Position numbers and translations under genes: made by a program. From assembly GCA_035652315.1 (NCBI GenBank), contig DASREA010000034.1:15631-79630 (forward strand): a stretch of 64,000 bases of DNA, given 5' to 3'. The notes beneath the pieces are model-generated. The model was not told where the DNA came from. It did not search any database and was given only the letters and a program-made list of their open reading frames with translations. Source of the DNA: Xanthobacteraceae bacterium. GTDB lineage: Bacteria > Pseudomonadota > Alphaproteobacteria > Rhizobiales > Xanthobacteraceae. Within the stretch, counting starts at the first letter, position 1; every line of letters starts with the position of its first letter. Shown here piece after piece: positions 60,467 to 64,000 of the stretch.

Positions 60467-60700
60467 ATGGACAAGCTACAAACGGTAAAAGGCTGGATCG
60501 GGGCGCTGACGGATATCGGACTTATGCTGCTCGCTTTGGGCATCGTGGTATCGCTGCTCGTCGGAGCAAACACAGTTTTCGTGGGCAACCCGGTCGGAAA
60601 CATCATCGCGATGGTCAAAGACCTTGGCTCCAACGGGCTCGTGGGCCTGATCGCACTTGGCATCATCCTGTGGCTATTTTCCGGTCGTAGGGTCGCTTGA
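60467..60700 (+). CDS. Small two-TM membrane protein (77 aa), function unknown
   Basis: ATG preceded by a GGGGAG SD. Two hydrophobic helices separated by NPVGNIIAMVKDLGSNG. Confidence 0.55.
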   Translation: MDKLQTVKGWIGALTDIGLMLLALGIVVSLLVGANTVFVGNPVGNIIAMVKDLGSNGLVGLIALGIILWLFSGRRVA

Positions 60701-60749
60701 CATAACGCCAGCCGGCTGCACGGCAGCCATCTGACTGGTTAAAACAATT

Positions 60750-60781
60750 GGATGGGGTGCCCCTTCCCCATCCATGTTTTT
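60750..60781 (+). terminator. Rho-independent terminator between the two small membrane-protein genes
   Basis: 8-bp stem GGATGGGG / CCCCATCC with an 8-nt loop, then ATG and a T5 run (60777-60781). Confidence 0.6.
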
Positions 60782-60786
60782 CGGGC

Positions 60787-61026
60787 ATGGCCATGATCGA
60801 GCGGATTGAAAAAGCCAAGCGGTATCTGTGGGCTTTCGTCGAGCTTGGCTTTGTCGCTTTGCTCGCGATCATCCTGATCTATCTGATCTTGGGTCAGAAC
60901 TCCGGCGCCTTCGTCACCTCGGTCGCCGACAATGTCGCGAAATTCGCCAGCCAAGCAAGCGTGAGTTTGATCGGCATTGGGATCATACTGGCAATTATCT
61001 ATCTGATTACCCAACGCATGCGCTGA
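60787..61026 (+). CDS. Small two-TM membrane protein (79 aa), paralog of 60467..60700
   Basis: The track ORF starts at TTG 60748, inside the terminator hairpin. ATG 60787 (MAMIERIEK) or ATG 60793 is more likely. The sequence aligns with the upstream protein (L..G.N...FV...V..N ... LIG.GIIL). Confidence 0.5.
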   Translation: MAMIERIEKAKRYLWAFVELGFVALLAIILIYLILGQNSGAFVTSVADNVAKFASQASVSLIGIGIILAIIYLITQRMR

Positions 61027-61052
61027 CGGTGCGTCGAGCGCGCGGACGCGAG

Positions 61053-61079
61053 AAGCGGCCGAAGGGCCGCTTTTTCTTT
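61053..61079 (+). terminator. Rho-independent terminator
   Basis: 8-bp stem AAGCGGCC / GGCCGCTT with a GAAG loop, then TTTTTCTTT. It sits 13 nt from the convergent grxD stop. Confidence 0.8.
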
Positions 61080-61091
61080 GCGATGCGCCGC

Positions 61092-61427
61092 CTAGGCGGA
61101 GACGTTCCTGGCCACGAGGCCCTTTTCCTTGAAGACTTGCTGCAGTTCTCCGGCCTGGAACATTTCCCGCACGATGTCGCAACCGCCGATGAATTCACCC
61201 TTGACGTAGAGCTGGGGGATCGTCGGCCACTGCGAATAGGTCTTGATGCCGTTGCGCAGATCGTCCGATTCGAGCACGTTGATGCCTTTGTAAGGCACGC
61301 CGAGATAATCGAGTATCTGCACGACTTGACCGGAGAAGCCGCATTGCGGGAATTGCGGTGTGCCCTTCATGAACAGCACCACATCGTTGCCCTTGACTTC
61401 GTTGTCGATGAACTGATCGATGCTCAT
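61092..61427 (-). CDS. grxD: Monothiol glutaredoxin (Grx4 family)
   Basis: CGFS active site in VVLFMKGTPQFPQCGFSGQVVQIL, plus WPTIPQLYVKGEFIGGCDI. Confidence 0.92.
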   Translation of the reverse strand: MSIDQFIDNEVKGNDVVLFMKGTPQFPQCGFSGQVVQILDYLGVPYKGINVLESDDLRNGIKTYSQWPTIPQLYVKGEFIGGCDIVREMFQAGELQQVFKEKGLVARNVSA

Positions 61428-61453
61428 GTCTCACCTTTGCCGGCGCCGCGCGC

Positions 61454-61690
61454 CTAACGACTGGGGATTCCGGTCTGCAGCGCCAGCGCGTGCAGCGCTC
61501 CGCCCATCTGACCCTTCAAAGCCTCGTAAACCAACTGGTGCTGTTGCACCCTCGATTTGCCACGGAAAGACTCAGCGATGACCGTGGCGGCGTAGTGGTC
61601 GCCGTCGCCGGCGAGATCGCGGATGGTGACGTCGGCGTCCGGGATCCTGATCTTAATCAGCCGCTCGATTTCACTGGCCTCCATCGCCAT
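61454..61690 (-). CDS. BolA-family protein
   Basis: 78 aa: DGDHYAATVIAESFRGKSRVQQHQLVYEAL...HALALQT. It lies immediately upstream of grxD. Confidence 0.85.
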   Translation of the reverse strand: MAMEASEIERLIKIRIPDADVTIRDLAGDGDHYAATVIAESFRGKSRVQQHQLVYEALKGQMGGALHALALQTGIPSR

Positions 61691-61996
61691 CGACCGATCC
61701 CGTTCGTCCGTGCTCGCGATCCGAGCGGCCCGCCAGCCGTGACGCCGCAGGCCAAATCAAGGCTAAGAATGGGGCGTCCTCCAGCCGAAATCAATGCATT
61801 CCGGGCATTGCTGCCCGGCTTTGTGCGCCCGCCCGGCCGCGCGGACCAAGCGCCGCAGCTACCGATATTTTTTGCCGGTGACAACCGAGGCGCCGCGGCT
61901 AACATGTTGGCCATGACGCGCGCGCCGATAGCACCATGTCGGTTTCGGGGGGGGGTGATCATGCGATCGATCGGCGTGAACAGCGGCGGCGAAAGA

Positions 61997-64000
61997 CTAG
62001 AGCCCGGCGGCCATATATTCCGGCAGCCATCCTTCGTGGCGATCGCGTAGAACCGCGAGCGGAACGCGACGCTCGCCTGCGATGGTCAGCGCCGGACCGC
62101 CGGTGACGCCAAGCCGGCGCGCGGCAACGCCCGCCGCTTGCGCGCGTTGAACCACGGCCTCCGCCTGCGGCGCAGGCACGCTCAAGACGTAGCGGGCCTG
62201 ATCCTCGCCGAACCAGAAAGCATGCGGCGACGGACCGGCAGGTGAGGCATCCAGGCTCGCGCCGATACCCGACGCCATGGCCATCTCAGCGAGCGCGACC
62301 AGCAGCCCGCCATCGGAAATGTCGTGCACGGCCGTGGGAATCCCTTGCGCAATGATGGCGCGCACGAAATCGCCGTGCCGCCGCTCCGCCGCGAGATCGA
62401 CCGGCGGTGGTGCGCCCTCCTCGCGGCCGCAAACGTCGCGCAGATAGAGCGATTGACCGAGCCAGCCGGGATCGCCGCCGATCAGCAGAATCGTTTCCCC
62501 TTCTGCCTTGAAGGCAAGCGTCGCCGATTTGCCGAAATCGTCGAGCAGCCCGACGCCGCCGATGGTCGGCGTCGGGGGGATAGCCCGGCCAAGCTCTTCC
62601 CCCATAACTTTGGTCTCGTTGTAGAGCGAGACATTGCCGGAGACGACCGGGAAATCGAGCGCCTTGCAGGCTTCGCCGATGCCGCGGATGCAGCCGACGA
62701 ACTGGCCCATGATCTCCGGCCGCTCGGGATTGCCGAAGTTCAGGTTGTCGGTGAGCGCCAGCGGCCGCGCGCCGACGGCGGTCAAATTGCGCCAGGCTTC
62801 CGCCACCGCCTGCTTGCCGCCTTCGAAAGGATCGGCCTCGCAATAACGCGGCGTCACGTCGGCGGTCAGCGCCAGAGCTTTCGGCCCCTCCAATACGCGC
62901 AGTACCGCGGCGTCGCCGCCCGGCCGCTGCACGGTATTGCCGCCGATGATGTGATCGTATTGCTCCCAGACCCAGCGTTTGGAGCAGAGGTCGGGCGTAC
63001 CGAGAAGATGCTCCAGCGCGTCGGCGACTGCCATCGGCGCGCTGACATGTTCGGCTTTAATCACCGGCAGCTTTGGCGGCTCAGTGAATGGACGCCGATA
63101 TTCCGGCGCCTGATCGCCGAGCTCCTTGATTGGCAGATCGGCCATCACCTCACCCCGGTGCTTAACGATGAAGCGCATGCTCGGCGTGGTCGTGCCGACA
63201 ATGGCGAAGTCGAGGCCCCATTTGCGGAAGACCGCCTCAGCTTCCTTTTCCTTCTCCGGCTTGAGCACCATGAGCATGCGCTCCTGGCTTTCCGAGAGCA
63301 TCATCTCATAGGCGGTCATGCCGATTTCGCGCGTCGGCACCCTATCGAGGTCGAGCGTGACGCCGAGGTTGCCCTTCGCCCCCATCTCCGTGGCGCTCGA
63401 CGTCAGCCCGGCCGCACCCATGTCCTGGATCGCGATAACGCAATCCTTGGCCATGATTTCCAGGCAGGCCTCGAGCAGCAGCTTTTCGGAAAAGGGATCG
63501 CCGACTTGCACCGTCGGGCGTTTCTCCTCGGAATCGTCGCCGAATTCTGCCGAAGCCATGCTGGCGCCGTGAATGCCGTCGCGGCCGGTCTTGGAGCCGA
63601 GATAGACAATCGGCATGCCGACGCCGGAGGCCTTGGCGTAAAAAATCTTGTCCGCCCGTGCGAGGCCGACCGCCATGGCGTTGACAAGGATGTTGCCGTT
63701 GTAGCGCGGATGGAAGCGCACCTGTCCGCCCACCGTGGGCACGCCGAAGGAATTGCCGTAGCCGCCGATACCCGCCACCACGCCGGAGACGAGATGCCGC
63801 GTTTTCGGATGTGCGGGATCGCCGAAGCTGAGCGCATTCAAACAGGCGATCGGACGCGCACCCATGGTGAAGACATCGCGCAAAATGCCGCCGACGCCGG
63901 TCGCCGCGCCCTGATAAGGCTCGATGTAGCTCGGATGATTGTGGCTTTCCATCTTGAACACCACCGCGAGGCCGTCGCCGATGTCGATGACTCCGGCATT
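61997..64000 (-). CDS. purL: Phosphoribosylformylglycinamidine synthase subunit PurL (5' end beyond window edge)
   Basis: Shows [33 protein letters not shown] and [13 protein letters not shown]. The frame stays open to base 64000. Confidence 0.92.
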   Translation of the reverse strand, partial: NAGVIDIGDGLAVVFKMESHNHPSYIEPYQGAATGVGGILRDVFTMGARPIACLNALSFGDPAHPKTRHLVSGVVAGIGGYGNSFGVPTVGGQVRFHPRYNGNILVNAMAVGLARADKIFYAKASGVGMPIVYLGSKTGRDGIHGASMASAEFGDDSEEKRPTVQVGDPFSEKLLLEACLEIMAKDCVIAIQDMGAAGLTSSATEMGAKGNLGVTLDLDRVPTREIGMTAYEMMLSESQERMLMVLKPEKEKEAEAVFRKWGLDFAIVGTTTPSMRFIVKHRGEVMADLPIKELGDQAPEYRRPFTEPPKLPVIKAEHVSAPMAVADALEHLLGTPDLCSKRWVWEQYDHIIGGNTVQRPGGDAAVLRVLEGPKALALTADVTPRYCEADPFEGGKQAVAEAWRNLTAVGARPLALTDNLNFGNPERPEIMGQFVGCIRGIGEACKALDFPVVSGNVSLYNETKVMGEELGRAIPPTPTIGGVGLLDDFGKSATLAFKAEGETILLIGGDPGWLGQSLYLRDVCGREEGAPPPVDLAAERRHGDFVRAIIAQGIPTAVHDISDGGLLVALAEMAMASGIGASLDASPAGPSPHAFWFGEDQARYVLSVPAPQAEAVVQRAQAAGVAARRLGVTGGPALTIAGERRVPLAVLRDRHEGWLPEYMAAGL

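Overview
This is a GC-rich chromosomal segment (third codon positions are mostly G/C) that looks alphaproteobacterial, Hyphomicrobiales/Rhizobiales-like. I count about 65 protein genes on both strands and one tRNA-Leu(UAA). I recognised no rRNA, CRISPR, transposase, integrase or phage genes. Left to right the window holds: a PilZ + BTLCP (LapG-like) pair, a gamma-carbonic-anhydrase-like protein, cysE with an internally duplicated DUF3126 gene, a hydrolase, a FAD monooxygenase and a Cu(I) P1B-ATPase. Next comes a 10.1-kb tandem array of five paralogous TPR + GT9-like glycosyltransferase-family genes (11394-21509). This array is the most unusual element and my main candidate for an undescribed system. 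It is followed by msrB, a frameshifted DUF1801 gene, tRNA-Leu, gpt, a CinA-like gene, a GGDEF-EAL sensor, an SDR, NupC, a hairpin-dense ~300-bp non-coding stretch, usg and CIRCE-groES-groEL. After that come an AhpD-like gene, DUF488, an MFS transporter, a BcsS-like outer-membrane protein and a tetR-hlyD-ABC-ABC2 efflux operon. Then MocA/XdhC molybdenum-cofactor maturation genes sit beside CoxS/CoxM-like subunits with no large subunit. The rest is pcaBDC, an AraC regulator, livHMGF, ccdA, a DmpA-type peptidase, rpe-purB, murI, rpsD, two small paralogous membrane proteins, grxD-bolA and the 3' part of purL. All function calls come from recognising motifs and sequences by eye. No database search or computation was run, and family names (DUF numbers, Pfam names) are from memory.
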